64,000 bases of DNA from positions 57,020,819 to 57,084,818 of the forward strand of contig NC_068992.1 in NCBI RefSeq assembly GCF_001194135.2. The letters run 5' to 3'. Position numbers and translations under genes: made by a program. Below are positions 37,900 to 52,239 of this stretch, in pieces. This DNA is from Octopus bimaculoides. Taxonomy: Eukaryota. Within the stretch, counting starts at the first letter, position 1, and each line of letters starts with the position of its first letter. The notes beneath the pieces were generated by a model, which did not search any database, was not told where the DNA came from, and saw only the letters and a list, made by a program, of their open reading frames with translations.

Positions 37900-38425
37900 T
37901 CCAGCTGGAACAACACCACTCCTGACATTGCCTCTCGGGCTCTGGTCCTCTTTCCAGACACTGAGAGTAGTTTCATTAGACCGTAAGCAGATTTGCCCTC
38001 AAAATTTTAACGCCAATTATGGTGAATAACTTGACCCGATGTTGGCTTCCCTCGGGTAGTTGCCTAGGCTGGAGTATTTTCCGGTTTTCAACGTATTTAA
38101 ACGGCAAAATGAGTTCAATCCCAAATAGTTGCTTTGATGAACTGGAATGGAGTATGATATCCGGCCGCAAACGACTTTTTCTAATCATTTCTGGTGGGTT
38201 TTTTTTGTTGATCCTGGGAGGACTTATGAACTCTCACAGTCATCTGTACACTCTCTTCCCCAGAAGACTCCATATCTGTGCCCTGCATGACATTGCTGTT
38301 CCTGGCTTATGATTCGCTGCCTCCTGCATTGCAGAGTCTTTCAGGTTTCATTTTTTCCGTATTTATCACATGTGCGATTTCCTTGAACGCCTGATTGTGC
38401 CTCCATGTGTATCTTCTTTGAACTA
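37900..38425 (-). mobile_element. Non-LTR retrotransposon 3' remnant with restriction-like endonuclease (HERO-like)
   Basis: RRYTWRHNQAFKEIA and SRLRPDIILHSSSSKQLFGIELILPF (RY.WRH.QVL; LRPD.VL.S...K....ELT.P) in the correct order. Confidence 0.7.
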
Positions 38426-38436
38426 GATAGATAGAT

Positions 38437-38505
<69 letters not shown>

Positions 38506-38554
38506 TAATTATACATACATACATACATACATACATACATACATACACACACAT

Positions 38555-38614
<60 letters not shown>

Positions 38615-38712
38615 GTGTGTATGTGTGTAAATATATATGTTTACATATACATACATATATATATATATATTTATATATAAACACACACAAAAACACACAC
38701 ATACATACATAC

Positions 38713-38777
<65 letters not shown>

Positions 38778-38790
38778 CACATATATATAT
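38424..38790. repeat. Compound (GATA)/(GA)/(GT)/(ATAC)/(CA)/(TA) microsatellite
   Basis: Directly visible. Confidence 0.95.
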
Positions 38791-39498
38791 ACACATCCAT
38801 TAATTAAATAATTAAAAGATGAATTCTAATTTAGGCGTGGCTTCAATTGAATCATCGTCAGATATTCATTTACATGTTAATTCAACATTTTATGTTATTT
38901 CCGAATAAAAGAGTTTTTTTTTCAAAATAGCTTTGAATTTTACGAACCATATTACAATGCTTCGTTGACTAATAATTAAATGTTAAAGGAAGTCAACAGA
39001 AATAATAAAAAATGTTTAATGATATTGTAATAGAATGGATATTCATAATACTTGTCTGTATTGTCAGATTTTTATGTGTTCATAAAGTTATTTAGGAGCG
39101 GATATTAATTTGGTATAATGTTTAATGTGGCACTATTATGCAAGTTGTACAATTATGTTGCTTTTTTTTTCTAATATTCAAGTATATCATTTTTGCAATT
39201 TGATTTATAAAATGCTAACGAATAAACTGTAAAGAGGATATTAAAGTACTCAACAAGATGAAATAGAAACATAAATGATGGGAATCTAATGGGAAAAAGA
39301 TGTATTACATGTTCGAATTTTGATATTTTGATTAATGGAAATAAATAAATACAGATACCCTAAAAGTGAATGCATGTATCCATACATATATTTATGCGTG
39401 TACACACATAACATATAAGAATTTATGTATATATATATATATATATCTGTCTATCTATCATCTATGCAATATTTATATTTATATATATATATATATAT

Positions 39499-39564
<66 letters not shown>

Positions 39565-40389
39565 GTATATATACATCAATTGGTTTGGATCATGTCAATA
39601 GTGGTTATTAGCTGGGTTGCTTCCCGCATGTGATTGACTAGTAAGTTATTCTAGGAGAGAGTTAATAAATTAATTGATGAATAAAAATATTCAGTCATTC
39701 CATTATAAAATTAAGAACAAATGTTTAAAGATAGCTGGTACTTCACAATTACAATATCGATAGCAGTAGCAGTTACGTACAGTACGTGGTAAATAAATAA
39801 ATTAAAAGCTGAGAATTGACATTAGATATTCAATATATGCCACACATTTTCAATAGCGAGGTAGCCGCAGTCCTACGACTAAGGCGAGTAAAACATAAAA
39901 GATTGGATCCAAGCAAGCAATGGTGAGCGTGGTAAATATGCAAACGTAGTCGGATACGAGTAAAAAAATACATTTTGCTCGGAGAAAGAAAAGCCATTTA
40001 TGCAGTAGATTCTAGTAAGGATTTGGGCTAAATAATGATTTATTAGAAAAATGTAAATAATGATATTCAGAGAATTTATTATAGATGATAAACTCTTAAA
40101 CTACGTGACATTAATTTACATTCAGCGAATGCAATTTTAAAAATAAATGATAAATTTGAATATGTTTTGACAGATATTAACTAAAAATTGTGCTTGTGAC
40201 GTTTTATGATTGGTAAAGGGCAATCTAATGCAAAATTATAATTTCACTATATATGCCTTCCTCCTATCATTCTAAGTTTGACACTCTGGATAAAATGAAA
40301 AAAAAATAAACAATATTCCGTCCAAAATTAACGTATTTTAAAAAGTTAAAAAATATCATCAGGATTATAGTTGGGTTGGGAGATATCAT

Positions 40390-40780
40390 TTCACTCAATG
40401 CAGTTGTCCTCATCTTCCACCACGGCCTCAAGACAGCACCGGAATCTGGTACATGCTTTTTAAACTGTGACCCTGGGAAGAACAACTCGGCCTGGGATTT
40501 CAATGGGTCGGGATAAGCAATTAGAAGACACAAATCTCCCACAATCACTTCTGGGATATGGCAAGGGGCCAAATCTTGCTACAACACACGTAGCCATCAA
40601 GCAGGGACCTTCTCCAGTTAGAGTTTGACTACAGTCTCCAATCCTCTCAGGCAGCCATTTGAACTGAGCCTAAGGCTCTGTTCATCAGTTTCTGGATGAA
40701 TTCAGATATGGGAACAATGTTCACATAGCAGTCATAACGTTGGCATTTTGATACGCAGCCCGAATCCTCATCTTTTTCAA
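40390..40780 (-). mobile_element. DD37D/maT-like remnant, very decayed
   Basis: EKVPA*WLRVL*QDLAPCH and RFRCCLEAVVEDEDNCIE* align with the motifs of the 10520-11349 copy. Confidence 0.6.
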
Positions 40781-40792
40781 TGTTTAGATAGC

Positions 40793-40960
40793 TTCTTAGC
40801 GGTATTTAGTCTGTCTTTACGTTCTGAGATCAAATTCCGCCGAGATCAACTTTGTCTTTCATCCTTTCAGGGTCGATAAATTAAGTACCAGTTGCGTACT
40901 GGAGTCGATCTAATCGACTGGCCCCCTCCCACAAAATTTCCGGTTAGAGTAGAAAAGACT
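40793..40960 (+). mobile_element. SINE family B, 5'-truncated
   Basis: cctttcagggtcgataaattaagtaccagttgcgtactggagtcgatctaatcgactggcccc. Confidence 0.9.
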
Positions 40961-41654
40961 TTTTAAACGGCTTTCAATCCTTCGACAAACCGGTTTCACT
41001 TCTTCAACAAATATTCAATGCATTGTACGTGGGCAATGGCTTGCTACAAGCCATTATACGGGTATTATTTAATTATCAGTAGTTGTAATTATTTACAGTG
41101 GAATGTTTAATAATATATTTTGAAATTATTCGAATATGAAAATGTATTTGGAATGAGTAATATTGAAATGATTTCATTATTCTAAAGTATTCTTTATATA
41201 TGATATGACATGATATTTCAGAATAGGTAATAACATATTTTGAAATAATTTGACTGTGATAATCTGTTTTCGGGACGTATTACTGCATTTTCAAATTTGA
41301 ATGCTATAATGTACTTTGGAATAAATTAATGTAAAGGTTTACATTACGTTTTCTTCATATACATATANNNNNNNNNNNNNNNNNNNNNNNNNNNNNNNNN
41401 NNNNNNNNNNNNNNNNNNNNNNNNNNNNNNNNNNNNNNNNNNNNNNNNNNNNNNNNNNNNNNNNNNNNNNNNNNNNNNNNNNNNNNNNNNNNNNNNNNNN
41501 NNNNNNNNNNNNNNNNNNNNNNNNNNNNNNNNNNNNNNNNNNNNNNNNNNNNNNNNNNNNNNNNNNNNNTATATATATATATGTATATGAAGAAAATGTA
41601 ATGTAAACCTTATATATATATATATATATATATATACACTTATTTCTCATTACT

Positions 41655-41988
41655 TATTTCCCACCTGGTACTTATTCTAGAGGATTCTTTTTGCAGAAGT
41701 GCTAAGATACAGGCACGTGAAGAAGCCCACACTAGTTTCCAAGCGGTAGGGTGGAAGAAACACAAAAACAAACACACGTATGTACGCATGTATATATGTA
41801 CGTATGTATATATAAATATATATAAATGTACATACGTATAAAGGGATTCTTTGATTTTCTGCCAGTCACGTCCACTCTGTCTCACAGCTTTGGTCGGCAC
41901 GAGGCTATAGTAGAAGACACTTTGCCAAGATGTCACGCAGTAGGACTGAACCTTGTGGTTGGGAAGCAAACTTCTTACCACATAACCG
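41655..41988 (-). mobile_element. SINE family A, degenerate
   Basis: gaggctatagtagaagacactttgccaag...tgtggttgggaagcaaacttcttaccaca. Confidence 0.8.
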
Positions 41989-42946
41989 AAGATCTCAATC
42001 AGGATTTCGTTGAAAGATTCATTTTATGTACTAGATCTTTCCTATCCACTAATTATAATTTCTGTTTCAAGATTATGTCATAAGTTATAGATTATAATCT
42101 TTGTTTACAATTATATTCCAAGTTCTGATGTTTACCAATAGAGATATTGATAGCCGGAAAAGAATAAACATGTGTATTCAAGTTATTAAATTTGTTTATC
42201 GTTATATTATTTCGTTCCACAGAAAAAAATTATAAAATGCCAAAGTATAACTAGCTTGAAGAAAATCCATTAATTATACATCTCATGTTGTGAGATGTAA
42301 GGTTTTAAACAATCGTATGTCCTCCTTGTTGTCTTGGTGATTCCATCCGTGAATAAATATTGACGTTTATTTTTTGTATGGTATGTATGTTATTTAAGAT
42401 TTAAATTATGAGATCTTCATTGATTTATTGTTAATTTTCCAACTAAATATTTGCTTCAGAATTATATTTCCAAGTGAGACCTGTCACAAAATAATTGAAT
42501 AAAATTCTAGAAGGAATATTGGAAACTTAGATGTACTTTCCGAACTTAACGAAAATATAAATAGGCATATATATGACAATAACAAGTCTTGTTTTTTCTA
42601 ATAGCTTAAGCAAGTATTTTAGCAGCAAGCCTGGTTATGTGTATCAGAACATCTGTGCAATCAGGTGGTACAACCTCCATCTCATTGCGTGGTATAATCA
42701 ATATCTTGTGAGAACAGTTTTGGGGGAATTGTATATACATATATCTTTAAATTTAAAAATGTATATATCTTTAAATTTCAGAAAACCCTCGCATTTATAT
42801 ATGTCATTATGTAGTTTTATTTCAAGATTTCATGCTAATAAAGAAAGAGTCGGTTTCTAACCTAGATTCAAAGCGACTTCACTGGAATTTCAACATCAAC
42901 AACAAGGTATTTTCGTTTGTATGTATAGAGCAATATCTTAGTGATT

Positions 42947-43027
<81 letters not shown>

Positions 43028-43177
43028 TATATATATATATAATATAGTATAGTATAGAAGTAGACGTAAGAGTACTACTGCTGATTTTAGAAGTCCGCGT
43101 ATATTTTCATCTGCCAGTCTGCTTCTAGTCTAGTACTTAGGTTACTACCACACGTAATAATGTTAGTGGCTATAATA

Positions 43178-43390
43178 AGGCGGAAATCTGGGTGAGTCGT
43201 TAGTACGGCAAGCATAATATCTAGCGGCATTTCGTCCATCTTTACGTTCTGTGTTCAAGTCCCACCGAGGTTGACCTTGCCATCCATCTTCTGGAACTCG
43301 AAAAAATAAGTGCCAGTTGAACATTGGGGCTGATATAATAGGCTAGCTTACTTACCCTGAAATTGCCGGAATTGCGCCAAAATGTGGAAC
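43178..43390 (+). mobile_element. SINE family B, degenerate
   Basis: ctagcggcatttcgtccatctttacgttctgtgttcaagtcccaccgaggttgaccttgcc. Confidence 0.75.
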
Positions 43391-43530
43391 GGATATTATT
43401 GGTTATGGTATTACTGGTTAGGAATTATGATGCACAACAGTTTATACAATTTATTCTCTACGAATGTTTCACCGCTGTGGTTGCTTGAAATGGCTGCATC
43501 GGATGCTCTATGTCCTATTGGTCCCACACG

Positions 43531-43640
<110 letters not shown>

Positions 43641-46600
43641 ATGTAACATTCGTAAATTGCCTTAATGAGATATTGCAATTAAATGTCTAATATTTGTAAG
43701 AGAATTATTGTAGAAGTAGCATCGGAATTGAAGTGTATCGTCGTTCACATCCATCGATTTAAAAACAACTCAATCATACTTATACCACGCCCCATTGCCA
43801 AATTTCAAAATAATCCTACTCACCAATTTTACGTATCGTTGTCCTTTAATTTTATGAATCCAGCGGTTGTTTCCCCTTCCTTTTTTGTCATTGGCCTTAT
43901 TTATTATGATCTAGTTAATTATATTTTGTTGTGTTCTTGCTATATATCCATTTTGATTAATTAATTATTTAAAACGACAAAATAAAGTCGAGTGGGAATC
44001 GCTATTGCTATGATAGATTGTAGTTCACCAAATTTAATGTTCATTAATATTGTTGAATATCTTCTTAAAAATGTAATTTTCGTAAGAGTATGCTAAAATG
44101 TTAATTGATATTTTCAAATGCAGTAAGATGGAACAGAATGAGATCTGTAAGAATCTCGATTAAAGCATTAATTTATTGTAAAGATCAAATTTTAGAGAAT
44201 TAATTGCATCAAGTATCATATTCCCTGATCTGAAACAACTTTAAAATATGAAGAAAGGGAATATAATGAAATTAATATCTACATGCTACTGTATGGTGGG
44301 GTATAACAAAATCAGCAGAATACGCTGCACACGTTACATTGCTGACTTTAGAGACAATATTTTATGTTCTGTGTTCAAATCCTTCTGTGGCCAATTTTGT
44401 CTTTGGCTTTTAATTTTTTTTTTTTTTTTTTGTGGTGATCGATAAAATATAGTACCAGGCATTCACTGACGTGGATCCGGTCATCTGTTTCATTCTCCCA
44501 AGAGCTGTGACTTGATATCTTTATAGCTTCTCAATATTTTAATTTTATCACACTCTAAGGGAGCCGAGCCGAATCTAGGACATGACTCCTGCGTGCTCTT
44601 TTCCCTACATTTTTCAACCATCTGGATATCGGAGACGTGTGTGTTCAAGCCGTATGGAGATTTTGTTCGTAAGATATAGCTGGATCTCGTCTCCATTACG
44701 TCTGCTTTCAAACTTATGTTTAGAAATAACATTAGTAGTTAGTAGTCATAGAAGCAGTAAAATGTCACCAGTGTCAGCGCTGCTGCCAGTATGACCTTAG
44801 ATTAGTAACCGAGCAAAGTTTCTGCATTGAATAAATAAACAACACAAATTAATGTTTTCAGTTCCTTTTTTTTTCTTTCATTTGAAAAACAATATCTCTC
44901 GCAAATTGCACAATGCCGAATGAAAAAAAGAGTAGAGCATTTAAAATTAGTTTTGATTACAACCACTTTGGAAATGGAAAAATATTGGATTTTCAGGGCT
45001 TAAACATAAAGACAATGAGAGTCTTCTCAGGAATAACCTGGGGTTAAAAAGACAACTGTCACTGCTTCCTTATTTTATCAGCCTTGAAAAGTTAGATTGT
45101 ACTTAATGGGAAATATGACGCAATTTATTTTCCAAAATATTGTCATAGAAGATTATAACGACCAGCGCGAGAAGTTGGGCTTCCTATAAGCCTTCATGAG
45201 CTAAACGCTTTTCCTTCTTTTTTCTTGAATATGCGCTACTGAAATAGAGGTGCGTCTAATAAGTCTGTACGTATTTTATGTCGTCAAATATAATGCTTTA
45301 ACGCATCTATTGTAAGCAGAACTTATTACGATCGTAAAAAAACCAACTAAGTTCTACGAGAGATTTTATTTTAAAACTACTAGTTTTGCTCCATTTTCGC
45401 TACTGTTTTGCTGTTACTACTTCTGAAAGAAAATTTATGCGACAGTTACAAACAGGATGATATCCGACGAGTGAACAAACAAAGAGGAGCATATATACTC
45501 CAGATCACTTATTAAAAAATATTATCTCTCCATAACCTATAAGCATAATTAGCATTGACCTGGTTGCTCAACCTGCCAGAAAATGCAATCAATTTCACCC
45601 CACCGTCTTTAAGGAAAAGAAGAGCATATTAGATAATATAGTCCAAACATAAAGCAAGAAATAGGTTTGGAAGGCCATGGCTGGCATGCATTCAGTTATA
45701 CATATGTGGATACAGTTGTGAATAATTTAGAGTTGAAGAATAACATGAAATTATTGAATCGTTTTATCCCTTCAATGTTACTGAGTTGCTACTTTTGCTG
45801 CAATTTTTAAAATTATTTGCAGGTGAAATGACCACGTGCAGACATCCATATCGCTTCAGACAGAGAAAGAAAAAGTGTGTGCGTGTGAATGTGTACGTGT
45901 ATGTNNNNNNNNNNNNNNNNNNNNNNNNNNNNNNNNNNNNNNNNNNNNNNNNNNNNNNNNNNNNNNNNNNNNNNNNNNNNNNNNNNNNNNNNNNNNNNNN
46001 NNNNNNNNNNNNNNNNNNNNNNNNNNNNNNNNNNNNNNNNNNNNNNNNNNNNNNNNNNNNNNNNNNNNNNNNNNNNNNNNNNNNNNNNNNNNNNNNNNNN
46101 NNNNNNNNNNNNNNNNNNNNNNNNNNNNNNNNNNNNNNNNNNNNNNNNNNNNNNNNNNNNNNNNNNNNNNNNNNNNNNNNNNNNNNNNNNNNNNNNNNNN
46201 NNNNNNNNNNNNNNNNNNNNNNNNNNNNNNNNNNNNNNNNNNNNNNNNNNNNNNNNNNNNNNNNNNNNNNNNNNNNNNNNNNNNNNNNNNNNNNNNNNNN
46301 NNNNNNNNNNNNNNNNNNNNNNNNNNNNNNNNNNNNNNNNNNNNNNNNNNNNNNNNNNNNNNNNNNNNNNNNNNNNNNNNNNNNNNNNNNNNNNNNNNNN
46401 NNNNNNNNNNNNNNNNNNNNNNNNNNNNNNNNNNNNNNNNNNNNNNNNNNNNNNNNNNNNNNNNNNNNNNNNNNNNNNNNNNNNNNNNNNTATATATATA
46501 TATATATACATATGCATGCATATATGAATGTTTATATATATATATATGTATATATATGCATCTGTGTGTGCGCGCACTAAGGTATGTATATGTATTTTTA

Positions 46601-47362
46601 CCTCGGCATTTATTGATTTTTGTAATAATATTTCTTAATAGAGATGAAATTTAATAGAAATCTATAAAACAATATAGCATACAAGTAACGTCTTATATAT
46701 GTAGAATACTGCATATTTGCCCTGGAAATATGGCTTACTGCTTTGTAATGGAAGCCAAAAATTCATTCATATCTCTAACCTGTCAGAAATAATTTCTCTG
46801 CGGACAGGTGATTTGTAAACTCTAGTCGCAATGAATTATATGCGCTCTTAACTCAAACTAAATAGTGAATTTCTTGAGCGTAGCTAAATGACAATTTTAC
46901 ACAACTTACTACTAGTACCGGACACCATCAATAAAAGGTTATAAATCATATGAAGAAACTATGTAACTTTCTGAGCAAATGCTATCAATAAATTCTTCAA
47001 AATATCGAGAACGTAATGAAATGGTTTTCACTAAGACGAGGCTGAATGCTATTGTGTAACGAACGAGACCAACAAGGAACTACGCAATAAAACTGGAAGA
47101 TTTTCATACGTTTTTCTTTTAGTCTATTCTCTATATGTATCTCTCTCTCACACACACTCTCTCTTTCTCTCTAATAAATAATGTTCTTTAGAAAAAGTCA
47201 ATATTAATGAAGTCAACAAGTTACAGAGAAGTAAAGAAAAAAAAACTACTCTGTGTGAAATTGGTAAATACTATGTTTGATGCCGTCTCTTTCGCTCACT
47301 GTATGTATATAGGTATGCATGTATACATACATACATAAATACATAAATACACACACACACAT

Positions 47363-47425
<63 letters not shown>

Positions 47426-49235
47426 TATACACATATATATATTTATATCTATACTTATGTGTGTATATGTGTATATATATATGTATATATACATAAACAT
47501 ATATACATACATATATATNNNNNNNNNNNNNNNNNNNNNNNNNNNNNNNNNNNNNNNNNNNNNNNNNNNNNNNNNNNNNNNNNNNNNNNNNNNNNNNNNN
47601 NNNNNNNNNNNNNNNNNNNNNNNNNNNNNNNNNNNNNNNNNNNNNNNNNNNNNNNNNNNNNNNNNNNNNNNNNNNNNNNNNNNNNNNNNNNNNNNNNNNN
47701 NNNNNNNNNNNNNNNNNNNNNNNNNNNNNNNNNNNNNNNNNNNNNNNNNNNNNNNNNNNNNNNNNNNNNNNNNNNNNNNNNNNNNNNNNNNNNNNNNNNN
47801 NNNNNNNNNNNNNNNNNNNNNNNNNNNNNNNNNNNNNNNNNNNNNNNNNNNNNNNNNNNNNNNNNNNNNNNNNNNNNNNGTTAACAGGTTTGGTTTGCAG
47901 AATTTGCGTCAATTCCTATTGCACTTTCTTCCAAGAACCAAGTATTTGAATTTATAGTAAGAGTAAAAAGAGCCTAAGTTCCACAGTAATTCAACATAGA
48001 TGTTTTTTTCCCTGTGTATTGATGGTACATTCACATCCGTTGTATGTATGTATGTATGTATGTATGTGTGTATGTATGTATGTACAGATGGATGGATGGA
48101 TGGATGAATGCATGTATGTATATATGTATGTATGGCTTATGTATGTATGTATTATGTACGTATGTATGATGGACTTCATCACAATTTTCATCTACCAATT
48201 TCGCCCACGTGACATTTCCCTCCCTGGAGTTATAGCACTTGGCTAAAGAGCTGCAAAGTAGGATTGAACACAAAGCTATATGGCTGTAAAGTGAGCTTTT
48301 AACTACATAGACATACCTGCGTCTGTTCAGAAAAATAAAAGTAAGATAATATGCGGAGGTTTGACGACTGCTGATCATACATATACTATATTTACATTAA
48401 CGACTTGGAAATAAAGTAAAGCAATTAGAACAACAAGAACTACAATTCCGGCACAAATAATTTCTATAATTTGGTACATAATCCAAACCATTGATACGGA
48501 ATGTGAGGAACATAATTGAGATTTTCTGAATCTTGTCAAGCAGAAAAATTTGTAACATACGTTAGGAGACTTCACTTACTGAATGCATATTTCGATAGAT
48601 TTCTAGTGAGAAAATAATCGGAAGTGTTTGTCTCTTAGTCTGAAAGATTTATAGCAGCTGTCGATAATATGTTTAAAGTGTTCGTCTTGTTTGCTTTCAT
48701 GCTAGGAAGATATAAAGCTGTTAAAATATTCTATAATTCCTAATATGATTATAGGAATATGATTTCAATCGGAAATCACTTCAAGAGATAACTTAAGTAT
48801 ACATACATACATACACATACACAAAATGTTTTGTAGAGAGAGTTTAAAGTAGACTGCTAATTACACAAAATATTAATCACTTAAATTATAAATTAAATAA
48901 TTGTGATTAATATTTCATATGGTATTTCTATAAACGAATATATAATCAATGAATAAATATTATATCAGAGTGTTTAATTAAACGTACTTAATTAGGAAAA
49001 CGAGGAATAATTATTCAGTTAACTAACCGTGCACAAGCACATACACGAACTCCACAGCACACATTTATAAATGTATATATGTTCTCTTCTATTGTTCATT
49101 GTTTGAAATCTTCCTGTTCTGTAGGAACTTGTTTCTTACAAAGATACAAAGCTCTTTCATTGGAATGTTGATAAAAGCAAATTCACATTTTAAACTTGAG
49201 AAAGTCATGTGTATTTTTACTGTTCCTCTTGCAGA

Positions 49236-50524
49236 TTATATTTGTAATGTTCTTATTTGATTTCTTCTGAAAATCCTACCTTATCAAGATCGTGACTTAA
49301 GCATATGTATGTATGTATGTATGTATGTATATATGTATGTGTGCATGTATATATGTATGTATGGATGTACGTACGCCTGTATTCGGTTTTATTTCAAGAT
49401 TTCTTGCTAATAGATAAAGGGCCAGTTTCTGTAGAAGATTCCAGATGATGTCAGGATCTTTCGGGGTTCGTTATGTCTGTAGAGTAGATTTCTTTTAAAG
49501 ACTTGGCATGAATCTCAAATGTTAGTATCTCAAATATTTAGTATCAGCACTTTATCGCAAATGCATTTTTGAATATTGTTTTGTAAGAGTTGAGCTCCGT
49601 CTTCCATATTTCTCAGTCTCATGTAATATACTCAGGTCACTCTATCTATATTCACAGTACCTTCGTATTATATACCTTCATCAATGTCTAGATATTTGTA
49701 GCATTCTTTATGTAAAACAGAAGGAATAAAGAAACGGTGGCTACAACAGTTGAGGTTCTGTGGAAATGATTTTCCAATTCAACCATCAAATTCGAACATT
49801 TCTTTCCTGGCAAATTCCATTCCTGTCAAACGAAAATATTATCAACGTCAGCTGTTTTGGGATTGTAAATATTTTTAGCATAGCTCTTAGGTTATCTTCA
49901 TAGAAATCGTTGGCTACATTGGTATCTCTTGCATTTGCAAATTCTAGCATATAGCGATAGATATTTGTGACAGAAACAAAAGCGGATTTAATGCCAAAAT
50001 AAACAAAGTTATCAAAAGGTGTCTTCCTGGAATATATCTTTTGAAATATCTTTATCATCGGAGACTACTATTCCGTTTTCAACTGTGTGAGGATTGTTGC
50101 CCATTTATTTGTGGAACTTTCAAAGATAACAACAAAGGTAGTAAGTACTTTTACCAAGTACAGAAAGATCAGCAACCTTGGGTGGAGAATGGAATCAAAC
50201 GAGTTATATTTGTAATGTTCTTATTTGATTTCTTCTGAAAATCCTACCTTATCAAGATCGTGACTTAAGCATATGTATGTATGTATGTATGTATGTACGT
50301 ACGCCTGTATTCGGTTTTATTTCAAGATTTCTTGCTAATAGATAAAGGGCCAGTTTCTGTAGAAGATTCCAGATGATGTCAGGATCTTTCGGGGTTCTTT
50401 ATGTCTATAGAGTAGATTTCTTTTAAAGACTTGGCATGAATCTCAAATGTTAGTATCTCAAATGTTTAGTATCAGCACTTTATCGCAAATGCATTTTTGA
50501 ATATTGTTTTGTAAGAGTTGAGCT
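49236..50524 (+). repeat. Near-identical direct duplication (49236-49596 and 50204-50524)
   Basis: About 300 bp of non-microsatellite sequence differing at 3 substitutions by eye, plus a length difference in an internal (ATGT)n tract; period 968 bp. Confidence 0.92.
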
Positions 50525-50650
50525 TACACTGTCACTAAACATCTGAGGCGTTTCCTTACTTCGAACAGTACCAAAAGCTCTTCAATTTAACCCCACACTT
50601 CCTTCTTTTTACCTTCTTGTTCATCATTCATTGCGTTGTTGGATATTTTA
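49370..50650 (-). mobile_element. R4/Dong-like LINE reverse transcriptase remnant
   Basis: KECYKYLDIDEGI*YEGTVNIDRV...YYMRLR and RKILTSSGIF resemble R4-clade YKYLGI.E...EY..R.RKI and KTRKILT..G.FH. YEDNLRAM is a possible decayed FMDDL motif. Confidence 0.6.
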
Positions 50651-50719
50651 GGTTTCTTGGTGGATCTTAGAGGAATAGGTTGAGACAGCTTGTGTATTTA
50701 CATGTTTGGGCAAGCAACG

Positions 50720-51130
50720 TACCGATAATTTTCTGATGACTTGGCATTTTCAATCTTGGCTTCAAGATTCATTGATCAAACTCTGGCTTGAGAGGGTCGC
50801 TACTGGAAAGCTATATGTGTGTCAGCAGGACTCGGTTCCTTGCCATATCGCCATAAAGTATCGGAAATGGTTGTCTGAATATTTATACGACTTCAAGTTC
50901 TACCCTCATAATTTCCCCGATTGTAAATCCTATGGATGTTTGAGTCGTGTTTGAGAAAGGCACTTACAGTTTGGCCGGAAACACCAAGGCCGAGGTTGTG
51001 GCCAAGATCAAAAAGGGGCTCCAAGATATCCCAATATCCCCAGCGACGTTATGAAGAACGCATGGTCCAGGGACCGAAGCCGTTTTGAGGTAATGCGGTG
51101 GAAACTGAGGGCGGCTACTTTGAGTAAACC
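50720..51130 (+). mobile_element. DD37D/maT-like remnant
   Basis: LIKLWLERVATGKLYVCQQDSVPCHIAIKYRKWLSEYLYDF...NFPDCK, and a C-terminal VETEGGYFE*. Confidence 0.75.
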
Positions 51131-51274
51131 GTTATTTCCTAGCCTTAATCAAGATGATAGTTCTTGAATTTTTTTAAATATATAATTCTTAATGTAACCA
51201 AGAAATTTGTTTTGCTGCACGTAGAGTTGCATTAAGTAATAAGTTAAAATGGATATATATATATTTAGATATAT

Positions 51275-51318
<44 letters not shown>

Positions 51319-51929
51319 GTATACATTTATATGTGCGTGAATGTGTGTGCGTGTGTGTGTGTAAGAAATACTTAATTCACTATTAGCGCATAAAATGCTA
51401 AATATACTTTAAATAATACGTGTATGTTTAGGAAAAGATATTAGATCAGTCCAAAATTTCATTTTAATTATTTCTACAAGAAACAGAGATCAATTATACA
51501 TGTGATCGACTTCAACGAAACAGATTTCAAGATACCTGAGGAAGTAGCTATGGAAAGAAATCTTTAATTAGATGCTTAATATCACATAAGGCTATAAGTA
51601 TATTTAAAGATACTAATCGGCGAGTGTAGAGATGAAATCTACGAAGAAAAAAATAGAATATAGTGATCTTATAATTAATTTGTCTAATGTTACAGGCAGT
51701 AAATACAAGATTAGAAGCCATAGGCGTTGTGTAAAATACAACGTTAATACATAAAGAAAGCTATTTTTAATCATTTCGTTAAATGCAAAAACATAATTTC
51801 GCTAAGTAAATATCTGTTAAATTTTCCTACTCAGCAAAATGTTATTATCATTTTCATTATGATTATTATCATTACAACTGTTACTACCACTACAACAATA
51901 ACAATAACAACATCAACAGCAACAATTAC

Positions 51930-51940
51930 TGCTACTACTG

Positions 51941-51979
<39 letters not shown>

Positions 51980-52129
51980 TTGGAAAATAAAACGTAAATG
52001 CATAGCAAACGATATTTTTAAACAATTCATTTAATTTTCTGAATTTTTATTAGTTTTTATTCTTCCTTGAAATCTAATAACAAATCCACACAATAAAAAT
52101 AATAGTAATAATAATAATAATAACAGCAA

Positions 52130-52202
<73 letters not shown>

Positions 52203-52210
52203 ACTACTAC
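51930..52210. repeat. (ACT)n, (AAT)n and (GCT)n trinucleotide tracts
   Basis: Directly visible at 51930-51980 and 52100-52210. Confidence 0.92.
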
Positions 52211-52239
52211 ACATAGATTCAACAATAAAGGCAGCAATT

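Noticed and set aside
40640-40690. Minus-strand CTGATGA followed by a hairpin (hammerhead-like)
   Set aside because: It is followed by CAAA rather than GAAA, has no stem III or cleavage triplet, and lies within a transposase remnant.
44560-44732. ORF with ILRTKSPYGLN (Penelope C-terminus-like) or a possible exon
   Set aside because: One short motif only; it cannot be distinguished from chance.
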